Shown one piece after another: positions 51,901 through 64,000 of a stretch of 64,000 nucleotides of DNA. The notes under the pieces were generated by a model that saw nothing but the letters and a program-made list of their open reading frames with translations, ran no database searches and was not told where the DNA came from. Position 1 is the first letter of the stretch. Each line of letters begins with the position of its first letter. The position numbers and the translations under genes are program-made. Origin of the DNA: Octopus bimaculoides (lineage: Eukaryota); NCBI RefSeq assembly GCF_001194135.2, contig NC_068995.1, positions 2,274,280-2,338,279 on the forward strand, given 5' to 3'.

Positions 51901-52333
51901 ATATATATATATATGTACATGCATTTATGTGTGTGTGTTTATATATTCTTGTGTATATATGTATATACATTCATACATATGCATAAATATGTATGTAAAT
52001 ATATCTATATATAAGTATGTATGTATGTATTTAATTGAAGATGACTCTTCAGTGCTCCAACTTCTTCTGGTTTGGGCTACAGAAAGAACCAAGATAAATT
52101 GCATTACTTAAAGTTTCAGAGAATTCAGTGAAATAAATCCTTTTCGATCCTTCAGATGCTTGGTTGTGAGAACTGATGAAACAAACGGTCGGCACTCTTC
52201 TATCTCACTTCTGTGACTCTTAAAGTAATGTGATTCTCAGTTAAATAGTTCACAGAAATAAATGTTAAAACCTATGAAACATTTTGCAGTCATCTTGTCT
52301 TTCATTTGTACACCTTTAGACATTAATGTATAC

Positions 52334-52364
<31 letters not shown>

Positions 52365-52583
52365 TAAGCATATATATATATATAAACAGTTAACCACATG
52401 TACAATGAGAAAAGAAATAGACCTGTATATCAGTGAAACAAAGGAATATATTTAAACATGTTATACAAACATGGAATGTTCATGTACAGTACTTGAAGTT
52501 TCCCAGCAAGCCATGGCTGTCAAGTTTTGGCAGCCAATGCATATGCTACAATTCATCAGTTGTTGTGTGGCATATACATATGT

Positions 52584-52622
<39 letters not shown>

Positions 52623-53756
52623 TATACACATGTATATACATATACATGTATATGCATGTATATTTTCACTCACTGTAGCATTGAGTACTCTTGATGGACT
52701 GCTGCTGCTATTTATACTGGTGTGTGTGTGTATGTGTGTGTGTGTGTGTGTGTTTATTCAACTCTAGTTGTAGACTTGGAAACTTTTCCATAATCTAGAA
52801 AGAAAAGAGAATTTGGTCGCAGCTCTCAAACTGAACACTACTTAAAAAATTAAAAAGAATGCATGCAGGGTCAACATGTAGGTTTAAGGTTAATGCATTT
52901 GTTTAACGTTGATAAATATGCTTTGAGTTGAGTTACTGAGTAGACAAGACTTGGCTTTCATTTGAACTCATGTACAGGATTTTACTGTCTTTTCAATTGG
53001 TGCTCTTCAATTTGATTTTCTCAGTAAGTGTTTTAAAAAAACAATTTTAGATAAAATTTTAAAAATTAAATTGTTGGGTTTAGTCTTCAAACTTATAAAA
53101 ATAGGAGATGGATCCTCTATAATGATAATAATAATAATAATAATAATAATAATGGTTCATTGTGCAAATTGAAATGTTGGTGTCACATTTTACATTTTAA
53201 TTTATAGAGAAATAATTTCTTATGACTGACAGAGATTCCTTGAAGCAGGAAAACCATGAAATTAATTAAACGAGGAACTCTCTAAATTTAGAGTTTGATA
53301 AAAGGGTTTTTCTAGAAAACAATTGTTATCTCCCTTGAAAATAGTGGCTTNNNNNNNNNNGAATAATGTTATTTGGTGATGTTCATTCTTTTCCATTGTA
53401 AATGAAGTGATGTGAAGAGGTATCTAGTCAGGATTGAAACAGCTATTTACATCTTTATATCCCTGAAGTTTACTTCCTCTGCTACTATATTTACTGGTGT
53501 ATAAGTCACACCTTTAATTTGGTGTTAAATTTTGGGGCAAAATCTTTTTCCCCTTTATAGTTTTAGCTTTGCCCCATGTACAAGTCACATCCCTAGTTTT
53601 TTTTAATGTTAGATTCAACTACAAAACAGTGTGACCAATACAATGGTAAATATAGCAAAATGTAAAGTTAGTGAGCAAAATCTGTTTGAATCCAGTTCAC
53701 CTCATTTACACTGAAAATGCCCTGGGAAAAGCCATAGACATTACAATAACTCCATT

Positions 53757-53792
<36 letters not shown>

Positions 53793-54143
53793 CCTTTGTG
53801 CCTGGTTGATTTATATAATTACCATGTTTTGTTTGATAGACAAAAATAACATTTTTTCCTATCAGTTTCATTAATAGATTTATCAAATATAAAATCCAAA
53901 CCAGAATTTTAACAACTTCCTATCATGTTATTATCTTCAACATCTCTTCATAGTTCTTGCCTCTAAATCATAATTTCTGAATTTTTGGAAATGTTTCTAA
54001 ATTCCTGTTTTTTTTTAATTATTATTTTGTTTAATAAAGTTAACTTATATAACAATATATAAAACTAAATCAGTTTCCATTCTTGTACAAATAGATTTTT
54101 ATTATTATCATTATTATTATCATCATCATCGTCATTATTATTA

Positions 54144-54240
<97 letters not shown>

Positions 54241-54242
54241 CA

Positions 54243-54492
54243 AGGTGGCAAGCTGGCAAAACCGTTAGCATGCCGGGCAAAATGCTTAGTGGTATTTAGT
54301 TCATTTTTAAGTTCTGAGTTCAAATTCCACTGAGGTCAGCTTTGCCTTTCATCCTTTCGGGGGTCGATAAAATAAGTACCAGTTGTGCACTGGGATCGAT
54401 GTAATCGACTCACCCACTCTCCAAACTTGCTGGCTGTGTGCCAAAATTCGAAACCATTATTATAATTACTATTCATATTACTATCATTATTA

Positions 54493-54528
<36 letters not shown>

Positions 54529-54740
54529 AGGCAGCGAGCTGGCAGAATTGTTGGCTCATCAGATAATTTTCAGCAGCATTTTGTTCTGGCCCTTTACATT
54601 CTCAGTTCAGATTCTGCTGAGGTCAACTTTGCCTTTAATCATTTTGTCAGGGGTCAATAAAATAAAACACCAGTCATGTACTGGGATCGATATAATCGAT
54701 TCTCCTCTTTCCCTTGAAATTGCTGGCCTTGTGCCAAAAA
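54243..54740 (+). mobile_element. Two tandem SINE family B copies (~54243-54455 and ~54528-54740) separated by (TTA)n
   Basis: Both have the head, the cctttcatcctttcgggggtcgataaaataagtaccag-type core and the tail. Confidence 0.8.
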
Positions 54741-55412
54741 ATTTGTTACAGTTATTGTTATTTTTATTATTACGTGCAATTAAAAAAAAATAACTAACTA
54801 AAGCATGTTTCTTCTCTCAAACTAACCTCCATTTTGACTTGCTATTGGTTCCTATCACTATTCTCTCTCTTTCTCACACACACACACACGCATACACACA
54901 CACACACACACAAACACACAAACACACTCACATACATACACATACATACATGCACGCAAACAGAATCTATTGGCTCAGATCGGATGTTGCAGAAGAGAAG
55001 GTTGTTGGGTTTTTTTGTCATTTTTTCCATTCTTTCTAGAAAATTCTTTACCTTCTCAAATAACATATCTTAGCAGAAAACTTTGATGAACCAATGGTTT
55101 CTATTTTAAAATATTGTTTATTTTAAAAAATATAAAAAATAATTCTCAAAATATCTCAAGTGTCAAAGCAGGGCTATTGGCATTCTTTAATAAATACTTA
55201 GCTATTTNNNNNNNNNNNNNNNNNNNNNNNNNNNNNNNNNNNNNNNNNNNNNNNNNNNNNNNNNNNNNNNNNNNNNNNNNNNNNNNNNNNNNNNNNNNNN
55301 NNNNNNNNNNNNNNNNNNNNNNNNNATATATATATATATGTATGCATGTATGTATATATATATATATATGTATGCATGTATGTATATATATATATATATA
55401 TATATGTATATT

Positions 55413-55443
<31 letters not shown>

Positions 55444-55791
55444 AATTGTGTGTATATACATATGTATATATGTGTGTAGATATATATGTATATACATGTG
55501 TGTAAATATACCTATGTGTAATAAATGTGTGTGTCTGTGTAAAATTGAATATATATAATTGGATTGAGTTATTTCTAATTGTAAGATAAATTGTTTCAAA
55601 ACTCAGGCGATGTTTGTTGTTGTTGTTGTTAATATTCTTTAATTGTTTTTTATCGGTATTTATCCATACCTGTCTATCATTCATCAGTCAAATACTATCT
55701 GCACATATCCGTACAACACATTTTTCCAGAAACTATTTTCCCTATGTTTAAAAAGGTGAATCTTTCCCGAAATATAAAATCAATAAATGAC

Positions 55792-55834
<43 letters not shown>

Positions 55835-56189
55835 ATTGGTAAGTAGTTATGTTTACAATGGGAGAAAAATCTATAGAATGCATAAATTAGAGTGTGCATA
55901 TTCTATTGGAAACTGGAAGTTTTGGGATCGTAATTCTGAAATTCACATTTACGATTGTTCAATGATTGAAGTAAAAGAAGTAGCATGATAATATATAAGG
56001 AAAAATATTTGCAAAGACATTGAAATACGACCAGTGAACTGCACAGTGAGATTTTATAGGCAGTACCCCACTAAAAGAGCTGTAAGCAAAATGCATCGCA
56101 TATTCATCTATTCATTACCATATACAGTGTGATAACGTGTGATCACACGTCCGCGACTTCAGTATGATATGCGAATGACACTTAGGAGT

Positions 56190-56340
56190 AAGGGAAGCAA
56201 CTGGTATTTAATTTATCAACACCGAAAGGATGAAAAGCAAAGCCGACCTCGGCGGAATTTGAAGTCAGAACATAAAGACAGACGAAATACCACCAAGCAT
56301 TTCGTCCGGCGTTCTAATGTTTCTGCCAGCTGCCGCCTTA
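56190..56340 (-). mobile_element. SINE family B, CpG-rich copy
   Basis: Reverse complement ggcggcagctggcagaa...acgccggacgaaatgc...ttccgccgaggtcggc. Confidence 0.75.
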
Positions 56341-56458
56341 CGAATTCTCAATATCGCCAATATTATCAGCTTTTACACTCCAGATATATTTAGAAAGTGA
56401 AGTGGTAACGCATCATTCAGTGTGAATGTATGCCTACGCTGTTGATATCTCGTCGCTT

Positions 56459-56862
56459 ATGAGGCAACTAGAAGAGAGATTCTTATGAAGTATTTGTTGA
56501 AATGGGAAAAACCTTTGATAAGATGCCACGTTATGTTTGTTGGTGGTTACTGAGAGAACTTGATGTACATAAATGAGTCGTGAGAGCCATACAAGCTAAG
56601 TACAGAGATGCCGTCAGCAAGGTGAGATTTAACGAATTCAGCGACAAATTCAGTTTGCAGGTTGGTGTCCCTGAAGACTCTGTTTCCTCTCCGTTTGTAT
56701 TATATTTCTGAACATCGTAACAAAGGATTTTAAAACTAGAATTCTATGGCAACTTGTACTTGACGTTGATGTAATTATTGCAGATGTATATGTCAAAGAA
56801 TAACAGAAGAAACTCCAAACTTGGTAGGAAACCCTAGAATTGAATGGTCTCAGCGTAAACCG
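56459..56862 (+). mobile_element. Degenerate RTE-clade LINE reverse transcriptase fragment
   Basis: Broken frames: MRQLEERF, VFVEMGKTFDKMPRYVCWWLLRELDVHK*VVRAIQAKYRDAVSKVR...QVGVPEDSVSSP, KDFKTRILWQL...KLQTW*ETLELNGLSVN. These correspond to the RTE RT motifs FVDLEKAFDRVPR, VGVHQGSVLSP and PWELLYADD. Confidence 0.85.
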
Positions 56863-58140
56863 AGATATGTGAAGAGTTTTTACAAAAGGGAAGATAGAAT
56901 TTTGCTGCCTTTGGAGAAATGACCACGTCTGATATGTATAACGGTTAATTAAGAATTCTAGATGCTGTAGTCAATGTTAACTGTGAGTGTACGATGAGGA
57001 TTCTTGTGAGTATTTGCAGGAGAAGCCCTCAACTTGGCTGAGGGAGATCGTAAGCATTCAGTGTAGAAAAATGTTGGTGATTCCACTTAAAAAAGAACCA
57101 ACCACACTTTCACACACACACACACACACACACAACGCATAAACAGAGCCTGAAAGATTACTTTAAGATACATGGCGTATTTTATAAATATGCCTGTTCA
57201 TGTATCATAATAGCATGAAACTATTGATAGCTTTTTCGGTTGTGTATTTAATTTCATGTTTGTGTGCGTGAGTATGCGCGCGCGCACGCGTGTGTATGTT
57301 TTTATGCATATGTATATATATATATGTACGTATGTATATACACACATACATATATATATATGTATATGCATAAATGTATATATATATATATGTGTGTGTG
57401 TACATGTACACTCATACACACACTCTTACACACACACACACACACACAAATATGGACAGTTTAACTGAGTTTTGTCTTCACAGCAGAGAAGAAATGACAG
57501 TTCACTGACGAAGTAAATTAAAGGAAAAAGAAAACAGAAAATATCAGAACCTTCCGCACAAAAAAAGTAATAAGAAGAATTGGACAAAAATAACATTTGC
57601 ACTTAGAAGAAGGGTTATGTATTTTATATATGTATGTGGCTGAAACCCATGAATAAATAAATAGATAAATAAATAAATAAATAAATATATATACATNNNN
57701 NNNNNNNNNNNNNNNNNNNNNNNNNNNNNNNNNNNNNNNNNNNNNNNNNNNNNNNNNNNNNNNNNNNNNNNNNNNNNNNNNNNNNNNNNNNNNNNNNNNN
57801 NNNNNNNNNNNNNNNNNNNNNNNNNNNNNNNNNNNNNNNNNNNNNNNNNNNNNNNNNNNNNNNNNNNNNNNNNNNNNNNCCTCTGTTCTAACCTTGAGCA
57901 GTTCGGCTTCTCAAAGAGTGAATAATGATAGTTAATTGACATTTTAAACATTCCTGCAATTAGAGGAAGCGTGAAAGAACCCTCTCTCTCTGGTAATCGG
58001 AACCTAATTCGTCGAGCATTCAGTGGTGAGGAACCAACAATAGACTCTTTCTTCTCGGCACCGGGAATGCTTATTGTTGTAAATATTTCAATATATATTA
58101 ATCAAAAATACACACACACACGCACACATATGTGGATGTA

Positions 58141-58180
<40 letters not shown>

Positions 58181-58375
58181 TATATATATACACATATATA
58201 TACATACATATATACATACGTATATATATATGTATATATATATATATACATATATGTATGTGTGTGTAAATATATATATATATATGCATACATACTCACA
58301 CGTACCTTTACATAGGGGTATGCATACATCTCTCCTTTCTCTCTCTCTCTCTCTTTGTCTCTCTCTCTCTCTTTG

Positions 58376-58447
<72 letters not shown>

Positions 58448-59624
58448 TATATAGTGGAAGCGCATGGCTCACTGTTTTAGTCAAAAAAAATTATTAACTT
58501 CTTGCAGAGTTCGAGCACACGGCAACATAATATCTCCTCCACTATTTAAGTATTACGTGTCAAAAGTGAAACAAAAACACTCATGTCAAATACTTTCACT
58601 TTAAAAATGAAACTATTCCACTAACTGAAACAATCACATTTCGATACTGTAGTGACAGATACTTTCACAGAGAGAGAAAGAGAGAAAGAGAGAGACAGAA
58701 AGAGAGCGACAGAAAGAGAGAGAGAGAGAGATGTATATGTATACATATACATGTATATGTACACCATTTCGATACTGTAATGACAGATACTTTCAGAGAG
58801 AGAGAGAGAGAGAAAGAGAGAAAGNNNNNNNNNNNNNNNNNNNNNNNNNNNNNNNNNNNNNNNNNNNNNNNNNNNNNNNNNNNNNNNNNNNNNNNNNNNN
58901 NNNNNNNNNNNNNNNNNNNNNNNNNNNNNNNNNNNNNNNNNNNNNNNNNNNNNNNNNNNNNNNNNNNNNNNNNNNNNNNNNNNNNNNNNNNNNNNNNNNN
59001 NNNNNNNNNNNNNNNNNNNNNNNNNNNNNNNNNNNNNNNNNNNNNNNNNNNNNNNNNNNNNNNNNNNNNNNNNNNNNNNNNNNNNNNNNNNNNNNNNNNN
59101 NNNNNNNNNNNNNNNNNNNNNNNNNNNNNNNNNNNNNNNNNNNNNNNNNNNNNNNNNNNNNNNNNNNNNNNNNNNNNNNNNNNNNNNNNNNNNNNNNNNN
59201 NNNNNNNNNNNNNNNNNNNNNNNNNNNNNNNNNNNNNNNNNNNNNNNNNNNNNNNNNNNNNNNNNNNNNNNNNNNNNNNNNNNNNNNNNNNNNNNNNNNN
59301 NNNNNNNNNNNNNNNNNNNNNNNNNNNNNNNNNNNNNNNNNNNNNNNNNNNNNNNNNNNNNNNNNNNNNNNNNNNNNNNNNNNNNNNNNNNNNNNNNNNN
59401 NNNNNNNNNNNNNNNNNNNNNNNNNNNNNNNNNNNNNNNNNNNNNNNNNNNNNNNNNNNNNNNNNNNNNNNNNNNNNNNNNNNNNNNNNNNNNNNNNNNN
59501 NNNNNNNNNNNNNNNNNNNNNNNNNNNNNNNNNNNNNNNNNNNNNNNNNNNNNNNNNNNNNNNNNNNNNNNNNNNNNNNNNNNNNNNNNNNNNNNNNNNN
59601 NNNNNNNNNNNNNNNNNNNNNNNN

Positions 59625-60017
59625 CCATGTCCATAAACAAATCTCAGGGTCAAACACTGTCTGTAGCTGGTCTTCTCTTGGAAGAGCCCTGCTTCTCACA
59701 TGGACAACTGTATGTTGGCTGCTCAAGAGTGGGCAGCAAAAAAAAACCTATTTGTATATGCTCCACAAGGGAAAACAAGGAACATAGTTTACAACGAGGT
59801 GTTATAATCACAACAGCAAGAAAGTATGTACATGATCACCTTCTTTTACGAAACTTCATTGACTTTCATATATTTATATTGATATACATATATATACGTG
59901 TGTTTGGGTGCGTGTGTGTATATACATCTCTATATATAAAGATGATGCGTAGTCTAGACGGCGTTTTTAGATTTCATTATTCTCTTTAACCCGGGCAACG
60001 CCGGGTATTTCTGCTAG
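59625..60017 (+). mobile_element. Helitron 3' end: PIF1-type helicase C-terminus, terminal hairpin and CTAG
   Basis: MSINKSQGQTLSVAGLLLEEPCFSHGQLYVGCSRV (helicase motifs V/VI). After a +1 slip in an A9 run (59738-59746) it reads NLFVYAPQGKTRNIVYNEVL* (stop 59805-59807). Hairpin CCCGG-gcaacg-CCGGG at 59990-60005, then CTAG at 60014-60017 followed by T. The 5' part is in the gap. Confidence 0.9.
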
Positions 60018-60675
60018 TATATATATATATAAGGATGAAGATCTACGTCACAGTACACATCATGGTACTAATTTCCTTCAGACATATACATTGAGTAGAG
60101 GAGGCACAAAGTGCTCCACAGGAAACTCTACAATTACTCCTAGCGACGTATTTTGTCGCCAAAAAGTGTTCAGCATATATTCACAAAATTATAGAGCTTC
60201 GATCGATTCTAAATTGATAACCGACCGGCGGCTAACGAAGGGCGTTCCCACGCTTGTGTTTTCGTTCCCTCGTTAATGTCTCTGCTCGTTATTACCATCT
60301 TGTAAATTTGTTTTACTTATGCACCGTAATACAGTTCGCATGTTATTTAGGCTCCTTTGTAGAGTATACTGTAGGAGTTAGATATAATTATTATTGAAGG
60401 AACAAGCTGTTTAATACATCATTTCAATTTAATGTGTGTGATCCCTAAAATCAAATGGAGGATGTCATTAGAAACAAAGAGTTATTACCGATCCGGGCAG
60501 AATACTCCATAAGCTCAAAGTTGGCTCAGCAAGATGACAATATGGTTTAGATTTGTAAAGAATTTCTTGTATACTCGTGGCAGGGTCCGAGGCTATAGTT
60601 CATCACCATTCTATATTGTAAGTCTTTGGTCATATTTCCAGTTAGACTGGTCTTTTACACAGACTGACATACAAA

Positions 60676-61121
60676 ACAAGGCATAAATAATGGTCTTTGC
60701 ATATTCTTTTCTTGGAGTAAATTTGAGTTACAGCTGTTTCTGATAAACGTTATTGGTTCGTTCATCGATTGGTTTACTCAATCGATCCATTGATTGGTTG
60801 AGAAAAATCGAACGACCTTAAAGAACTCATCCGAGTCATAGTATTCTGATAAAAAATAAAAAAAAACAGAGCAATGATGAATGAACAATACAGGTATGCT
60901 TTCTCATACCTGTACCGTTCAATTTATCATTGTTCTGCTTGGTTCTTCATCAGAATACTGCGACTGCGATGAAGATAGCATGAGTTCTTTAAGGTCGTTC
61001 GATTTTTCTCAACCGATCAATGGACCGATTGAGTTAACCGATCGATGAACGAACCAATAATGTCTTTTAGAACCAGATGTAACTCAAATTCACTGCAACA
61101 AAAGAATTTTTATACCTTGTC
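60676..61121. repeat. Long imperfect palindrome (~445 bp), foldback/MITE-like
   Basis: Centre tacaggtatg-ctttct-catacctgta (60889-60914). The arms align in inverted orientation out to ~60676 and to the gap at 61122. Confidence 0.9.
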
Positions 61122-61803
61122 NNNNNNNNNNNNNNNNNNNNNNNNNNNNNNNNNNNNNNNNNNNNNNNNNNNNNNNNNNNNNNNNNNNNNNNNNNNNNNN
61201 NNNNNNNNNNNNNNNNNNNNNNNNNNNNNNNNNNNNNNNNNNNNNNNNNNNNNNNNNNNNNNNNNNNNNNNNNNNNNNNNNNNNNNNNNNNNNNNNNNNN
61301 NNNNNNNNNNNNNNNNNNNNNNNNNNNNNNNNNNNNNNNNNNNNNNNNNNNNNNNNNNNNNNNNNNNNNNNNNNNNNNNNNNNNNNNNNNNNNNNNNNNN
61401 NNNNNNNNNNNNNNNNNNNNNNNNNNNNNNNNNNNNNNNNNNNNNNNNNNNNNNNNNNNNNNNNNNNNNNNNNNNNNNNNNNNNNNNNNNNNNNNNNNNN
61501 NNNNNNNNNNNNNNNNNNNNNNNNNNNNNNNNNNNNNNNNNNNNNNNNNNNNNNNNNNNNNNNNNNNNNNNNNNNNNNNNNNNNNNNNNNNNNNNNNNNN
61601 NNNNNNNNNNNNNNNNNNNNNNNNNNNNNNNNNNNNNNNNNNNNNNNNNNNNNNNNNNNNNNNNNNNNNNNNNNNNNNNNNNNNNNNNNNNNNNNNNNNN
61701 NNNNNNNNNNNNNNNNNNNNNNNNNNNNNNNNNNNNNNNNNNNNNNNNNNNNNNNNNNNNNNNNNNNNNNNNNNNNNNNNNNNNNNNNNNNNNNNNNNNN
61801 NNN

Positions 61804-61848
<45 letters not shown>

Positions 61849-62342
61849 CACGCATATACGCGCGTCCCCAGAGTTTGCGTGAGTGAGAAGCTATCAGCTG
61901 AAAATATTGTCATAAATCTCTAATTCTTGCGTTGAGTGAAGTAAACCGATCGTCTATTGTGCTAGGTGCAATGTTGAACCTTCAGCCCAAACTTTTCAGC
62001 GTTTATGATGTAAAAAATGTAACAATTAGAAGCATAATGCCGACAGCTTTCATGTTTACGCTCAAACTGACAGATCGTGTTGCTTAGTTTTAATGTTTTC
62101 TTACACGCCATCTTACACGCTTTGTTTGTTTGACACGCGGTATTAGATCTGTGATTTGTCATGTTTTCACCAGAAACAACATAACTTTAGCTTCTCATAT
62201 ACATTCGTTCTCGTCAATAATATATATTTTCACAGTTTTTGTTTTGTTGGTTTTGGTGGGTTTTTTAAAATTCTTTTTCTTTCCTGCCTTCTTCCCTATT
62301 CTTTATCCTGACATCGATTCATCAGATGTACATAAAAACTGA

Positions 62343-63280
62343 CGGTCATTTTGTTTCAATAATAGTATAGCCATCTTCGTTGTTTTTGTTGTTTAACACA
62401 GATTCAGCCATGCTGAACAGACCCATGACCAAATGTATTCCAGTCTTTATTTTCTTCAGGCTCTGCCGACCTACAACAGTACTTCTCAAAGCGAGTAGTG
62501 CGGCTCCCAGAGTGTACGGTGGTAAATTTCATATGGGTACTGGGGACAGGACGGACGGTAGGGGGAGCTATAAGTTACCTCATTTTTCAAAAAGTACTTT
62601 TATTCTTTGATTCTCTTCAACAAGAATCTGCTCTGCCCCTATTCTTTCTCTCATACCTCAAGCGGCGCCTATCGTAGAGATGCCCCTACCATCTCCTCGA
62701 GTTTCATAAACTTGCGAGCAGCATGACGATCTCACTAGTTCCGGTGGAACGAAAAAGGTACCCCCGTACACACTGTAAGGTCGTTGGCGATAGGAAGAGC
62801 ATCAGACCGAGGAAACCGAAGGAGACTCTGGAGCACGATGCAATCCTTGGACCCACCGGATTCTGTCGACCCGTCCAACCAATGCCAGCATGGAAGATGT
62901 ATCTTAAAGGATGACGACGACGATGACGACGCCGATGCAGGCGACGGTGTTGGTTCTGTGTGCAAACCATCTGGTAACAATCAGAACTGAAAATGTCGTT
63001 TTGACAATCCATATTTATATATCAATGCCATTCAAAGACGAACAATTGGTTTCAGTCATTAGATTGCGGCCATGCTGGGGCACTGCCCCGAAGAAGTTTC
63101 TAAGTGAATGAATCGCACTACTCGCTTTGAGAAGTACTGTTGTAGGTCGGCAGAGCCCGAAGAAAATAAAGACTGGAATACGTTTGATCATGGGTCTGTT
63201 CAGCTTGGCTGAATCTGTGTTAAACAGCAACGAGGACGACCACGGAGACGGCTATACGATTATCGAAACAAAATGAACCG
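62343..63280. mobile_element. Element bounded by ~160-bp inverted repeats (62343-62502 / 63114-63280) with a ~610-bp spacer
   Basis: tgtttaacacagattcagcc...cctacaacagtacttctcaaagcgagtagtgcg is inverted at 63114-63228; the match extends to cggtcattttgtttc / gaaacaaaatgaaccg. Confidence 0.8.
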
Positions 63281-63302
63281 ACCCATATTTTCTTGAAGCC
63301 TG

Positions 63303-63365
63303 CTGCTTATTTAATCGGTCTCTTTTGCCGAACCACTAAGTTACGGGACGTAAACACACCAACAT
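63303..63365 (-). mobile_element. SINE family A, body fragment running into a microsatellite and gap
   Basis: tcggtctcttttgccgaaccactaagttacgggacgtaaacacacc matches the 18367 copy. Confidence 0.7.
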
Positions 63366-63389
63366 AAACACAGACACAAAGACACACAA

Positions 63390-63424
<35 letters not shown>

Positions 63425-64000
63425 NNNNNNNNNNNNNNNNNNNNNNNNNNNNNNNNNNNNNNNNNNNNNNNNNNNNNNNNNNNNNNNNNNNNNNNNNNNN
63501 NNNNNNNNNNNNNNNNNNNNNNNNNNNNNNNNNNNNNNNNNNNNNNNNNNNNNNNNNNNNNNNNNNNNNNNNNNNNNNNNNNNNNNNNNNNNNNNNNNNN
63601 NNNNNNNNNNNNNNNNNNNNNNNNNNNNNNNNNNNNNNNNNNNNNNNNNNNNNNNNNNNNNNNNNNNNNNNNNNNNNNNNNNNNNNNNNNNNNNNNNNNN
63701 NNNNNNNNNNNNNNNNNNNNNNNNNNNNNNNNNNNNNNNNNNNNNNNNNNNNNNNNNNNNNNNNNNNNNNNNNNNNNNNNNNNNNNNNNNNNNNNNNNNN
63801 NNNNNNNNNNNNNNNNNNNNNNNNNNNNNNNNNNNNNNNNNNNNNNNNNNNNNNNNNNNNNNNNNNNNNNNNNNNNNNNNNNNNNNNNNNNNNNNNNNNN
63901 NNNNNNNNNNNNNNNNNNNNNNNNNNNNNNNNNNNNNNNNNNNNNNNNNNNNNACACACACACACACACACACACATCAATACCTCAAGTAGATTTCGTC

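Noticed and set aside
61962-62162. Cys/His-rich minus-strand ORF (ACKMACKKTLKLSNTICQFERKHESCRHY)
   Set aside because: May be a transposon remnant, but I could not assign any motif.

Overview
Eukaryotic, intron-rich, microsatellite-dense genomic DNA with many N gaps. The repeat landscape looks cephalopod (Octopus-like), but that is inference from pattern recall, not proven. The main feature is the 3' part of a + strand Piccolo/Fife/clarinet-type presynaptic active-zone gene. Its C2A domain assembles in frame from exons 8736-8774, 17719-17849, 19137-19321 and 20086-20300 and keeps all five Ca2+-ligand aspartates. Downstream exons (22.1-36.0 kb) have good splice signals but an unresolved reading frame, with alternative stop-containing ends; no C2B exon was seen. 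The rest is transposon-derived: a decayed mariner (DD34D), R4-type, CR1-type and RTE-type LINE fragments, a Helitron 3' end, piggyBac-type and other MITEs, three short interspersed repeat families and several long inverted repeats. Nearly all ORFs in the supplied track are microsatellite or N-gap artefacts. I found no clearly new multi-gene system. The best leads are an intronic cluster of RFX X-box-like motifs, an in-frame alternative acceptor at the site of the vertebrate Piccolo C2A splice insert, alternative C-termini without C2B, a compact three-way-junction RNA candidate, an orphan antisense coding-like segment and a CpG-retention shift near 56 kb. All alignments and counts were done by eye, and repeat boundaries are approximate.
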